A DNA stretch of 63,456 bases, the filler included, from Octopus bimaculoides (Eukaryota): the NCBI RefSeq assembly GCF_001194135.2. It is 7 parts of 7 records of this genome, joined end to end, with 100 filler letters (N's around TTAATTAATTAA, not from the genome) between each part and the next. Parts side by side here need not be neighbours in the genome. Positions count along the whole stretch, not along the records: positions 16,051 to 40,717 come from NC_068984.1; positions 40,818 to 48,826 come from NC_068992.1; positions 48,927 to 52,162 come from NC_068994.1; 4 more parts are not named here. The stretch is one strand, 5' to 3'. Under the pieces are notes generated by a model, which worked only from the letters and a program-made list of their open reading frames with translations, was not told the DNA's origin and searched no databases. The first letter of the stretch is position 1. The number at the start of each line of letters is the position of its first letter. Made by a program: the position numbers and the translations under genes. Positions 39,973-51,805 of the stretch are shown one piece after another.

Positions 39973-40394
39973 TGTATGAAGATAACATTGAAAGCTAGAG
40001 TCTCAGCTCTATTTCACCAAGTCCTTGTTATTAATGAAACCACTTTAGTAAATAGGATTAACCCACGGTCAAGCATCTAAGATAAGCCAATGTAAGATAC
40101 AAAAATATTAGAGTTTATTAAAGGATGTTTAGCCAGTATGTTGAGTAGATTGAGCAATTACATAAACTTTTCTTTACTTACTCTGGCTTCCTCTCAAATA
40201 ATAGTGATTGTTTTGTGATTGTTCACCTCCAAGTTAACCCTAATTGAGTAGGCAATTCTTTTATGAAAGGGATTTCAGCCAGCCATACTCACCCTGTTTA
40301 TTTAGGAATAGTGTGCTGGAGGTGTGGTTGACAATAGATAATAGCTAAATATTAATATAGTTACAATCTAGTGACTATCTGTCATTAGATGGAT

Positions 40395-40717
40395 AAACAG
40401 ATATAGGAGAAGGATGTGGAAGCTTAAAGACCCTGCAAATGGACAGAGACTTAGAGACAAGTTAATTGAAGCATTTAACGAAATAGAAGGGGATATAGCA
40501 TCATACAACGTGGAAGACAATTGGAGATTTCTGCGGGACAACCTGTTGAAAGCCACCGACCAGATCTGTGGGTGGTGTAAGGTCCCCTCTCGACCCAGAG
40601 TAACGTGGTGGTGGAACAAGGAGGTAGACAGGGCTATTAGACAAAAGAAACAGGTTTGGAAGGACTGGAAGAACGGTGGTAGCAGGGAATTGTACCAATG
40701 TGCCAGAAGGGAAGCTA
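40395..40717 (+). mobile_element. RTE LINE fragment (EN-RT linker), open frame
   Basis: LWKLKDP...WRFLRDNLLKATDQICGW...TWWWNKEVDRAIRQKKQVWKDWK, cut by a gap. Confidence 0.88.
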
Positions 40718-40817
40718 NNNNNNNNNNNNNNNNNNNNNNNNNNNNNNNNNNNNNNNNNNNNTTAATTAATTAANNNNNNNNNNNNNNNNNNNNNNNNNNN
40801 NNNNNNNNNNNNNNNNN

Positions 40818-40953
40818 TACCTCTCAATTCCTTCTGTTGAAGAGTGTAGGCTTGAAGCGTCAAAGACTTTTCCATTCTTCTCGAGTGTTAAACAAATACA
40901 TCTGCTTGCTGTTCCTTCACCTGTCTTCGTCTTTTGTTTTTTGTAAATTTGAA

Positions 40954-40957
<4 letters not shown>
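40818..40957 (+). mobile_element. Penelope-type terminal repeat (family B) with degenerate minimal hammerhead at 40831-40865
   Basis: CTT-CTGTTGA-AGAGTGTAGGCTT-GAAGCGTC-AAAG. Homologous to 48650-48820 and 51975-52130. Confidence 0.7.
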
Positions 40958-40993
<36 letters not shown>

Positions 40994-41328
40994 GCACATA
41001 TATGCCATCATCAACACCATCATTTAATGTCCTTTCAGCTTTCTTCATTTCCTGCTTCATTTCACTATATACGTCTCCCTGCTTACCAAAAGAGGTCTAC
41101 TTGGCTCCATATTTTTGTTGTGTTGCAATGGCCCCTCTCCCACATCCTAGTCACCTCTTCACCATCTTCTCTCTCTCTCCTCCCTCTCACTTTCGTCCCT
41201 CTCTCTCTCTCTCCCTTCACCTGAGATAGCCATGTTTCTCTACTGATGCAAAATCCCCTTTCCTTTCTCCTTATACTGTTTCCCAATCAGTTGAGAGGTT
41301 GTGTCATGCAAATCACTTGACACGTATA

Positions 41329-41365
<37 letters not shown>

Positions 41366-42205
41366 NNNNNNNNNNNNNNNNNNNNNNNNNNNNNNNNNNN
41401 NNNNNNNNNNNNNNNNNNNNNNNNNNNNNNNNNNNNNNNNNNNNNNNNNNNNNNNNNNNNNNNNNNNNNNNNNNNNNNNNNNNNNNNNNNNNNNNNNNNN
41501 NNNNNNNNNNNNNNNNNNNNNNNNNNNNNNNNNNNNNNNNNNNNNNNNNNNNNNNNNNNNNNNNNNNNNNNNNNNNNNNNNNNNNNNNNNNNNNNNNNNN
41601 NNNNNNNNNNNNNNNNNNNNNNNNNNNNNNNNNNNNNNNNNNNNNNNNNNNNNNNNNNNNNNNNNNNNNNNNNNNNNNNNNNNNNNNNNNNNNNNNNNNN
41701 NNNNNNNNNNNNNNNNNNNNNNNNNNNNNNNNNNNNNNNNNNNNNNNNNNNNNNNNNNNNNNNNNNNNNNNNNNNNNNNNNNNNNNNNNNNNNNNNNNNN
41801 NNNNNNNNNNNNNNNNNNNNNNNNNNNNNNNNNNNNNNNNNNNNNNNNNNNNNNNNNNNNNNNNNNNNNNNNNNNNNNNNNNNNNNNNNNNNNNNNNNNN
41901 NNNNNNNNNNNNNNNNNNNNNNNNNNNNNNNNNNNNNNNNNNNNNNNNNNNNNNNNNNNNNNNNNNNNNNNNNNNNNNNNNNNNNNNNNNNNNNNNNNNN
42001 NNNNNNNNNNNNNNNNNNNNNNNNNNNNNNNNNNNNNNNNNNNNNNNNNNNNNNNNNNNNNNNNNNNNNNNNNNNNNNNNNNNNNNNNNNNNNNNNNNNN
42101 NNNNNNNNNNNNNNNNNNNNNNNNNNNNNNNNNNNNNNNNNNNNNNNNNNNNNNNNNNNNNNNNNNNNNNNNNNNNNNNNNNNNNNNNNNNNNNNNNNNN
42201 NNNNN

Positions 42206-42254
<49 letters not shown>

Positions 42255-42593
42255 CATACATATATAACTGTATAGATAGATAGACAGATAGTTTTGTAGG
42301 TAGGTGACTGATTTTGTGATGTTGTCCACTGGACATAAAAACATCTGTTGGATGTGAAAAATAATAACAGTGAAAAATAATAACATTAAAATGTCCTGAT
42401 TTTCTATAAATGAAACAAATGAATAAGAGGCTCATAAACATGATATCTGCTGACTCACAAACAACTGGTTACTCCTCCACCTGATTGTAATACAAGTCAT
42501 GACTAGTCATCTATCAGCCTGTGTAGATATAGCTATACAGTTTCTGCTGCACATATGCACGCACACACACGTGTATATGCACGTTATGTATGC

Positions 42594-42643
<50 letters not shown>

Positions 42644-42669
42644 ATGGATGTATATATGTTAATATATAT

Positions 42670-42911
42670 ATCTGGCACCTGTGCCCAGCGTCGCATTCCT
42701 GGCACGTGTAAAGACATTTGAGCGAGATCGTTGCCAGTGCCGCTGGACTGGCTCCTGTGCAGGTGGCACATAAAATACAGCATTTTGAGAGTGGCTTTTG
42801 CCAGTACCGCCTGACTGGCCTTTGTACCGGTGGTACGTAAAAGCACCCACTACACTCTCAGAGTGGTTGGCGTTAGGAAGGGCATCCAGCTGTAGAAACT
42901 CTGCCAAATCA
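42670..42911 (+). mobile_element. RTE 3' UTR fragment interrupted by a SINE
   Basis: GAGCGAGATCGTTGCCAGTGCC...GGAAGGGCATCCAGCTGTAGAAACTCTGCCAAATCA. Confidence 0.85.
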
Positions 42912-43148
42912 GGCGGCGAGCTGGCAGGAACGTTAGCACGCCGGGCTAAATGCTTAGCGGTATTTCGTCTGCCACTACGTTCTGAGTTCAAATACCGCCG
43001 AGGTCGACTTTGCCTTTCATCCTTTTGGGGTCGATAAATAAAGTTCCAGTTATGCACTGGGGTCGATGTAATCGACTTAATCCGTTTGTCTGTTCTTGTT
43101 TGTCCCCTCTGTGTGTAGCCCCTTGTGGGCAGTAAAGAAATAAGAAAT
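42912..43148 (+). mobile_element. Full-length tRNA-derived SINE, second family (Meta-like domain)
   Basis: GGCGGCGAGCTGGCAGG A box, GAGTTCAAATACC B box, GCCTTTCATCCTTTTGGGGTCGATAAAT domain. A partial TSD (AAATTCTGCC vs AAACTCTGCC) lies before the gap. Confidence 0.88.
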
Positions 43149-43595
43149 TCTGCCNNNNNNNNNNNNNNNNNNNNNNNNNNNNNNNNNNNNNNNNNNNNNN
43201 NNNNNNNNNNNNNNNNNNNNNNNNNNNNNNNNNNNNNNNNNNNNNNNNNNNNNNNNNNNNNNNNNNNNNNNNNNNNNNNNNNNNNNNNNNNNNNNNNNNN
43301 NNNNNNNNNNNNNNNNNNNNNNNNNNNNNNNNNNNNNNNNNNNNNNNNNNNNNNNNNNNNNNNNNNNNNNNNNNNNNNNNNNNNNNNNNNNNNNNNNNNN
43401 NNNNNNNNNNNNNNNNNNNNNNNNNNNNNNNNNNNNNNNNNNNNNNNNNNNNNNNNNNNNNNNNNNNNNNNNNNNNNNNNNNNNNNNNNNNNNNNNNNNN
43501 NNNNNNNNNNNNNNNNNNNNNNNNNNNNNNNNNNNNNNNNNNNNNNNNNNNNNNNNNNNNNNNNNNNNNNNNNNNNNNNNNNNNNNNNNNNNNNN

Positions 43596-43628
<33 letters not shown>

Positions 43629-43645
43629 ATGTATATGCGTAAATA

Positions 43646-43930
43646 TCATCATCATCGTTTAGTGTCAGTTTTCCATGCTGGCATGGGTGGGACGGTTTGA
43701 CAGGAGCTGGCCAAGCAAAAGCCCTCACCAGACTTCTGTGACTGTTTTGGTAGGATTTTTACTGCTGGAAACCCTTCCTAACACCAACCAGAGTGGACTA
43801 GTGCTTTTTATGTGGTACAAGCACAGGCAAGGTCAGTTTTGGCAAGGTTTTTACAACTGGATGCCCTTTCGGACACTAACCACTTTATAATGTGAACTTG
43901 GTGCTTTTACGTGACACCTGCACTGACAGG
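43646..43930 (-). mobile_element. RTE-type 3' end, degenerate
   Basis: CATCATCATCGTTTAG...TTCCATGCTGGCATGGGTGGGACG. Confidence 0.8.
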
Positions 43931-44949
43931 GTCACCAGGTACTTGCAAGACAAAAATATCTCTTTTGAGAGGGGAGGGGCATTGGAGGAGGTGATCTTGT
44001 GTCAGATGATGAAAGGTTATAGAGAGAGACAGAGAGACAGAAACAGGTATCTTGCAGTAGAGGAGGTACATGGTTACCCAGTCAGGGGCGAGGGCGGGGA
44101 GAGAGAGAGAGAGAGAGAGAGAAAGAGATCAGGAATAAAATCAGAAACAGGTGCACTGACGCAAAGGAAATACATGGTTACTCAACCTGAGGGACGTGCA
44201 GGAGAAGTAGAGAGAGAGAGTGGGAGACATCAGGATAGAGATGGTGGTAAAATGTCAGGCATACTCAAAAGGGACAGGGATTAGAATATAAATGGGATGG
44301 TTGAGTAAAGGAAAAGAGATAAAGATGGTGGCAAGTTCAAACGTCATAATATAAGTGGTAGTATATTGCGAGAAAGGAGGAAGAGAAGAGATGTAGATTG
44401 CTTTGTTGGTGTAAGGTGTGTGAAAAGTTTTCTTATGTGTGGGTGGAGCACACAGATCTGGGGTGGGGGCTAGCAGATATATATATGTTTTTTTCAGTAT
44501 TTGTTCTGGCATTTTGCAATCTGAATTCTAATCTTATGAAGGCCCAACTCTGCCTTTCATCCTTTAAGTTGATTTGATTAATCAATATCCTTAAAAGATC
44601 AGGCCTTATGCTTACACAAGCACTTCTTTTGATGTATCTATCCAAATCGGTCAGGCCTGGCAGGGGGAGGGGAGAAGGTTAGCCATTCTCTTCATAAAGT
44701 CTAGACTGTACCATAATCCACCATGATCCACCATAATTAAGGTTTTCAAAGCCACTGTGGAGTCAACCCTTATGGTTCAGAATCATGGACCCTGACACCT
44801 GCACTGACAAGGAAGTTTGATGGTAACTACACTCTCTCTCTTGCATATTGCCCTTAACATCCCTTGTTAGATGCACACAACTAACAAGATCCTACATTAT
44901 TTACATTATTTACATTTGACGGATATTTGTCCTCATCTTGTTTGTTGTT

Positions 44950-44995
44950 AACACAACATTTCAGCTGATATACCCTCTAGCCTTCATCAGGTGTC
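44950..44995 (-). ncRNA. Type I hammerhead ribozyme motif (family C), mildly mutated
   Basis: GACAC-CTGATGA-AGGCTAG..CAGCT-GAAAT-GTT-GTGTT. Stem I GACAC/GTGTT, near-palindromic stem III, putative GUU site. Confidence 0.72.
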
Positions 44996-45117
44996 TTGGG
45001 GAAATTTCGAAATTTCCCCAAGACATCTGATACTTTCTAAGTGGTAAAAAACAATAAACCATTATATTGTTAGGCTAATTCTGTAAAGGTATTTTGGTAA
45101 CAACAACAACAACAACA

Positions 45118-45254
45118 ACAATACTATGTACAAAACCAAATATATGGCACACTAGGCATAACACCAACATAAACTTCTAACTTGATGTCTCTTGAGGTCT
45201 CTGGGTGAGACATGGAGCCAACTTGTACAAATGCAAAGCAAAAGTCAAACATAA

Positions 45255-45285
<31 letters not shown>

Positions 45286-45540
45286 GTAATATTCAGGGAC
45301 CTTTTGAGCAGGATGGGCTACTCAACCTAAAGAAAATTTTAACTGGGCTCCACCTGCGAGGTCATGCGCTGTTTATCTTGATATGAGATCACCATGTCAC
45401 GCACATATGGTTGTGATGCTTGTGTCTGGTGTACCCTTATCAGACGGGTAGTCATGATGGGTATACTGGGCTTCGTATATTTTACCCGAGTGTCACTTTG
45501 ATGACATGCACTGCTCTCTCACTCAGTAATAATAATAATA
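45118..45540 (+). mobile_element. Two stacked short 3' ends, each ending in (TAA)n, nested in a (TAA)n tract
   Basis: Segments ~45118-45290 and ~45291-45540 each end in AATAATAAT. They are absent from the duplicate locus at 46405-46567. Confidence 0.7.
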
Positions 45541-45608
45541 AATGCTCTGAAAAGAAAGAAATGCTGTGAAGTAATTCCACTCATAGAAATTGTTTGTGAA
45601 ATCTCCAA

Positions 45609-45651
45609 GACACCTGATGAAGGCTGGAGGGTATATCAGCTGGAACGTGTT
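45609..45651 (+). ncRNA. Hammerhead motif (family C), probably inactive
   Basis: GACAC-CTGATGA-AGGCTGGAGGGTATATCAGCT-GGAAC-GTGTT. GAAA is mutated and the NUH triplet is missing. Confidence 0.65.
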
Positions 45652-46019
45652 AAGAAACAAGATGAGGATAAATATCTGTCAAATGTAAATAATGTACATA
45701 ATTCCTCATCTCTTAAATATAGAACTGTATTAACAAGATCCTTATATGGGCATCTTCCAAAGATTTCAACTGTCATAAGAAAGCATTGTCTAGCTCTTGC
45801 TGAACATGTGATGAGACACAGTGAAGCTGCTGTGAGAGTTATATTTTAGTCCCACTCATAGATTTGGTCGTCCAAACCCGACCTCTTCAAGGAAATCATT
45901 AAGGAAGACGTTGGTCTTTTTGGCAGTGTCTTGAAGACTGTGATGTAAAACTGCAATACATGAAGGAAACTCAGTGTTACCAATTTGGTGTTTGAGTTTA
46001 CATTAGAAACAATTATTTT

Positions 46020-46230
46020 AGGTCAGTAGTTTGGCAGAATTATTAGAGCATTGGATAAAATGCCTTCTGGCTTTTTTACAATCTGAGTTCAAATTCTGCT
46101 GAGGTCAACTTTGCTTTTCAACCATTGAAGGGTCAATAAATAATATAGCAGCCAAGATCTGGGGCTGATTTAATCAACTAAACATCCACCCCAACACAAC
46201 TAAATTTATGGTTTTTTGCCAATGTTAAAA
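46020..46230 (+). mobile_element. Second tRNA-SINE family, degenerate
   Basis: TTGGCAGAATTATTAG...CTGAGTTCAAATTCTGCTGAGGTCAACTTTGCTTTTCA. Confidence 0.75.
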
Positions 46231-47099
46231 AAACAATTATAGTTATTTGTAGAACAATAACTATTCAAGTAGGAAACACACACACACACACACACAAGTG
46301 AATTTTCTTTCTTCAGCAATCATTTAATTATGCTTCAAGCTACACTTTATTATCTCATCTCTGTTTGGACATGTTAGGTAATCTTTGGGACCTGTCTTTC
46401 TCTAATACTTTCTAAGTGGTAAAAAACAATAAACCATTATATTGTTGAGCTAATTCTGTAAAGGTATTTTGGTAATATAATAATAATAATAATAATAATA
46501 ATAAATGCCCAAAAAAGAAAGAAATGCTGTGAAGTAATTTCACTCATAGAAATTGTTTGTGAAATCTTAATTTCTCTTTTAATTTATGACTATTTATTTC
46601 TATTTTATTTCTGGTGAGATGAAGTATCTTCCTGTAACAGCATGATAATATAGTACCATAAATATCAAAGGAATCTCAGAGAGAGCATATAAAAGATTCA
46701 AGAGAGCAATTAATGAGAGAGATTTTACACAGGTGGATAGAAAAACCTCTCATCTTTGAATAGAATTTCGCCCATGTTTAACTTTTTAGCATTTAAACTG
46801 GCCTTTTTCTGGCCCAGATATTCTACACATTTTTATGCCCAAACTGGCCAAATCCAGCCTCTCACACCTACTCTATAATATCATTTTTAAAATAAACAAT
46901 CACATCATTGAAATCTCAAAGCTACAAGTTAATGTGTGATAAATTTAAAACAATGTAAATAAATAAGGATTACATTTGATAGAATAATCTGAATGCTAAA
47001 GTGTTAAAAGTGAAGCCTCTTGTTCTTGATAAGATTGTAGCAGAGTGCTGATTCTGTCGAGCTGGCCATTAAGTTGATCAATGGTACTTGAAAACTGCC

Positions 47100-47640
47100 A
47101 TGACGTGGGTAAGCGATAGCTGGTGTGAAAGGGACAGGCTGAAGATTACTTGGTGGCAGTCATTTGAAGATGACCTTTTGAGTGAATTTAGTAGACAGAA
47201 ACTGTGTGGAATCCTGTTATCTATGTATCTATCTGTCTGTCTGTATGTATGTATGTATGTATGTAGGGCTGGCACTTGGATTGCTGGCGCCCTGGGCAAG
47301 CTGAACTTCGGCATGTACAAGCTGACAGTTGTGGAAATTTCCTTGCCTTTGTCATGCTCTCCTTGGTGGCCCCTAGCACTTGGCGCGCCAGGCGACTGCC
47401 CGAGTTTCCGGTACCTTGAGCCAGCCCTCTATGTATGTATGTATGTATGTATGTATCTATCTGTGTGTGTGTGTGTGTGTGTGTGTTTGTGTTTGTATCT
47501 GTCCCCCACACCACTTGACAAACGGTGCTAGCTTGATTACACCTCTATAATTTAGCTCTTTGTGGTCATCCGCCCTGTCAAAAACAACAGTCAAATGTCT
47601 CTCACATCACTTTACTGCAGTTTTAAATACAGAAAGATCA
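47100..47640 (+). mobile_element. Old CORE-type SINE relic split by a MITE
   Basis: TTGAGTGAATTTAGTAGACAGAAACTG and TGTCCCCCACACCACTTGACAAACGGTG flank the internal microsatellite. Confidence 0.6.
47264..47429. mobile_element. ~165-bp GC-rich MITE (hAT-like termini)
   Basis: Termini AGGGCTGGC / GCCAGCCCT with subterminal GGCGCCCTGGGC / GCGCCAGGCG. Inserted in (TATG)n, so the TSD is unreadable. Confidence 0.7.
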
Positions 47641-48526
47641 TATTAGATAATGCAGACGTTTAAGAAGACTGGACAGTAACGGTTGGAACACCTTTAATCA
47701 AAAATAAGTCTTTTCCACTTGAACTAACTAAGGAGCAAAACAATAACAGCAAATAGCCTTGAAATGTCGGTGAGAATGCCTTGCAGTATTTGACTCCTTG
47801 AGCTCAGAGTCCAACGTATGAATATGTATTCTTCCAGTAACCTCCTGAGGAGAACAATAGCAAAGGGGGAGTCAGGAGGAGCGAGCGGATAAAAAGAAAA
47901 GGCATCGTGAGACATACCAAATAATTTTAAACTCATTTCTTTCATATTAAGCAAAATATTTCATGAGTTATAATATATGTAATTGTATTCTACATTCATT
48001 AATCTAATGTTTCAGTAACAATGCCATTATGTATGAAACAACTGCTGATACAGGTAACTTAAGAGTTTCAAAAGATTATTGAAAAGGCGCTAATTTTGAA
48101 AAAAATTGTGCTTGCTGGAGGACGGTCGCTCACCTTTATTCCCAATTAGCTACGCCATTGAACTGTAAGCTTTGCTAATGGTGGTAAGGGTAATGGGAGG
48201 GAGTTCTTCTGGGCGACGCTTTTGTGGGACAGCTGTTTAGAGACCGCTGTACAAATCTATATGGGGGACCCGTGGGTGGAGTAGCAAGCTCAAGGGCCAC
48301 CCCTGGCGGTACACACCATAGCTACAAAAGAAACTCTGAAAACCCCTGGGTCATCTTGATGCTTTTTGCTATCTTTATACACCGTAGTTGTTATTTAGTC
48401 CCAGATCATCTCTGATACATCAAAACTCATAATCAAAGGTAGAACCAACCATGACTACCACCTCGTTTTGGCGGAGTTTTGAAACAGCCGCCCTTCGAAG
48501 GACTGAATTAATATACTGCAGGTGTA

Positions 48527-48567
<41 letters not shown>

Positions 48568-48649
48568 GTGTGTATGTGTGTGAGTGAGTGAGTGTGTGTA
48601 TGTGTGTATTCATCATGTTGAACCGTTAATCTTTACACATTTTTTCTCT

Positions 48650-48820
48650 CTCTGTTTTTTTTTTGTTCTCTCTTCATTGTTTCCTCTCAACCCTTTCTGT
48701 TGAGGTGTGTAGACTCGAAACGTCAAAGACTTTTCCATTCTTCCCGAGCGTCAAACTAACACGCCAACATGTTGTTCCCTCGCTTGTCTTCGTCTTTTGT
48801 TTTGTGTAAATTTGAACTAT
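48650..48820 (+). mobile_element. Penelope-type terminal repeat (family B) with minimal hammerhead at 48693-48728
   Basis: CTTT-CTGTTGA-GGTGTGTAGACTC-GAAACGTC-AAAG, ending in (TA)n and a gap. Confidence 0.75.
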
Positions 48821-48926
48821 ATATATNNNNNNNNNNNNNNNNNNNNNNNNNNNNNNNNNNNNNNNNNNNNTTAATTAATTAANNNNNNNNNNNNNNNNNN
48901 NNNNNNNNNNNNNNNNNNNNNNNNNN

Positions 48927-48986
<60 letters not shown>

Positions 48987-49864
48987 AACGTATATGTGTG
49001 TGTGTATGTGTGTTATGTATGTATAATCTGTAAATGCACTGGAGTGTGTGCGGATATCATTGAGAAATGTTCAGAAGAATTTCGACAGACAAGCTAGCTA
49101 CAATAACACAACATCCCGCCGCAAATGCCTTCCTCCAATCTTCACCAAAGAGCCATCCATTATAAATAATTAATCATGGAACCAATCTAATATGGCGTCG
49201 ATATTAACAACCAAACGACTCTTCTTCATATCACTATAAATGGTGACTTGCTGATGGAACCCTGTTCAGTGAAATAGATTCGCCCATAAATCTCTGATTT
49301 TCAAGATAAATGGCAACTTGTACGTGTGTGCCTGTGTGTGTGTGTGTGTGTACGTGCGCATGTGTAAGTGTACCTGTGTGTGTGGTTGTGTGTATGTGTG
49401 TAAGTGCCTGTGTATATATACATACATATATACATTTATATGTATGTACATAAGTATTTATATATGTATGTTTATATCTATATATGTATATATATATATA
49501 TATATATACTCACATATACATATGTATGTAGGTATAGATATGGCGGAGTATGCACGTATGTGCATATATATATATNNNNNNNNNNNNNNNNNNNNNNNNN
49601 NNNNNNNNNNNNNNNNNNNNNNNNNNNNNNNNNNNNNNNNNNNNNNNNNNNNNNNNNNNNNNNNNNNNNNNNNNNNNNNNNNNNNNNNNNNNNNNNNNNN
49701 NNNNNNNNNNNNNNNNNNNNNNNNNNNNNNNNNNNNNNNNNNNNNNNNNNNNNNNNNNNNNNNNNNNNNNNNNNNNNNNNNNNNNNNNNNNNNNNNNNNN
49801 NNNNNNNNNNNNNNNNNNNNNNNNNNNNNNNNNNNNNNNNNNNNNNNNNNNNNNNNNNNNNNNN

Positions 49865-49904
<40 letters not shown>

Positions 49905-50439
49905 TTAGTTATATATGCATATTGCATTGTTATGCACACACACACATAATAGTAGAGAGAGAAAAGTGGGAGAGATGAGAAAGAACTGTATTCCAAGCAT
50001 TTGGATATTGCGTATGCGTGTCTATGCGTCTTTGAATATATGAATATGTGTGTGTATGCTATTAATGTGGTAAGACTGAAAAAAAAATCGGTGTGTGTAC
50101 ATGTACGTGAGCGCGAATGCTTTATTTGTGGATAAGTATATTTTATATAAATTATCTTTAATTGAGTGTTTTACATCAATGTCTATATGCAATTTTGTGT
50201 ATACGTAAGTGTACGTGAAGAAAGAAATGGACGTGCGACGGTGTGGCGGCTGAAGAAGGGTGTTGGATGCCGACAAACACACAAACAGACTTACAGGCTG
50301 ATTTCCAGATAAATTGATAAGTAGTTAATGCTGATAGTATATATTGATGCAAGTCAACAATATTTGTGTGTACGTGTGTAAGTATGAGTGTGTGTGTGTA
50401 TATATGCTTGTATGTATGTATCTTTTACCGTTGTTTGTT

Positions 50440-50640
50440 TTTACTTGTTTCACTCATTGGTCTCTGGTCATGCTGTGGCACAACCTTGAATGTTTTTAAT
50501 CGACTAAATCGACCTCAGGATTTAACATCTTTTTAAAGTCTAGTGCTTATTCGATCAGTCTCTTTTGCCGGTTCACCAAGCTATGGGAACATTAACAAAC
50601 CAACTCCGGTCGTTACGTGGTGGTGGTAATGGATGACAGA
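50440..50640 (-). mobile_element. SINE 3' half, degenerate
   Basis: ACTTGTTTCACTCATTGG...CGACTAAATCGACC...TCTCTTTTGCCGGTTC matches the 3' half of the 21092 copy. Confidence 0.65.
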
Positions 50641-51019
50641 AACATAAATACAAAACTTGCACATAAATTTGGCTTACAGCTGTTTCCAGTTGTATTTAGA
50701 GGTACATTACTGATAGGTTTACTCAAATGGTCTATCGGTCAATTGAAACAAATTGAGCGACCCAAGAAAATTAATGCCACTTTCTGGTTAAAACAAGTAG
50801 AGAACTAGAGGAATGGCTATTGTGTGGGGAAGGTAGGAGAAGAAGATTGGAATGTCCAAGTTAATAGAGAACAGAGGAAGACAGGTAACAAAGGGGTAGA
50901 AGAAGGTATAAGAATGGTATAGGAGTCACTAGAAGTAGTGGCATTGTATTGCCAAATTTAGAAGTGGAACACTGTAAGACATCTGTATTTGTAATCATGT
51001 CATATTCGATTACCATATT

Positions 51020-51237
51020 CTTTTCTACACTAGGCACAGGGCCCGAAATTTGGGTGGAGGGGCCCGTCAGTTAGATCGACCGCAGTACGCAACTGGTACT
51101 TAATTTATCTACCCCGAAAGGATGAAAGGTAACGTCGACTTTGGCGGAATTTGAACTCAGAACGTAAAGACAGACGAAATACCTCTAAGCATTTCGCCCG
51201 GCGTGCTAACGTTTCTGCCAGCTCGCCGCATTATCAC
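51020..51237 (-). mobile_element. Young tRNA-SINE (second family) with a 13-bp TSD
   Basis: Full head and domain. CGATTACCATATT occurs at 51007-51019 and 51238-51250. Confidence 0.92.
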
Positions 51238-51548
51238 CGATTACCATATTAACATTAAATATAGGTTGGATATTCCCCAGCCATTGTGTTGAAATTTGAT
51301 ATAGGCTTTTCATGGACATGGTCAGTCTAAGACAGTAATGTTCATCTTTCAGTCTAGTATAGTGAGCGGAAGAATAATGTTAGAAAGTGAAAGAATACTA
51401 GTTTTGGTCATATTGATGAGGTCATGGATGCTCTTATTATCAGGATATAAATACTGATAGATTTAGAGACGTTGTTACAAATGGGATCATGTCGAGTTCA
51501 AGTTGTTGAAAATTAGATTTAGATTCAAAATGCTAATTTCTTAATGTT

Positions 51549-51805
51549 AATCCAGGCTACATATTTTTCATAGCTAGCAGAACCTCAGAAGTAGTAATCA
51601 CCCAAACGAGGGGTAATCCGCTAGCTAGTCGTCGGGCCAAAGGTACCTTAGTCAAATGAAGGTTACATTATCGTCAAGGGAGCCCATATTAACTCACACG
51701 GGGATTTTATCTATAGCCCGATGAGTAGCTAGCAGGTTGCCCCCTCATTCTGATAATTACTACTTCCGATGTTCTGCTAGTTATGAAACATATGTAACCT
51801 GGATT
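51549..51805. repeat. Inverted repeat, ~89-bp arms and ~80-bp spacer, inside a probable Penelope relic
   Basis: 51549-51637 versus the reverse complement of 51717-51805, roughly 80% identity by eye. Confidence 0.85.

Larger units (their letters stand above)
44894..45730. mobile_element. ORF-less inverted Penelope-type terminal-repeat unit (family C) flanked by a 12-bp TSD
   Basis: The left arm ~44894-45008 is the reverse complement of the right arm ~45605-45700. TAACAAGATCCT occurs at 44882-44893 and 45731-45742. Confidence 0.8.
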
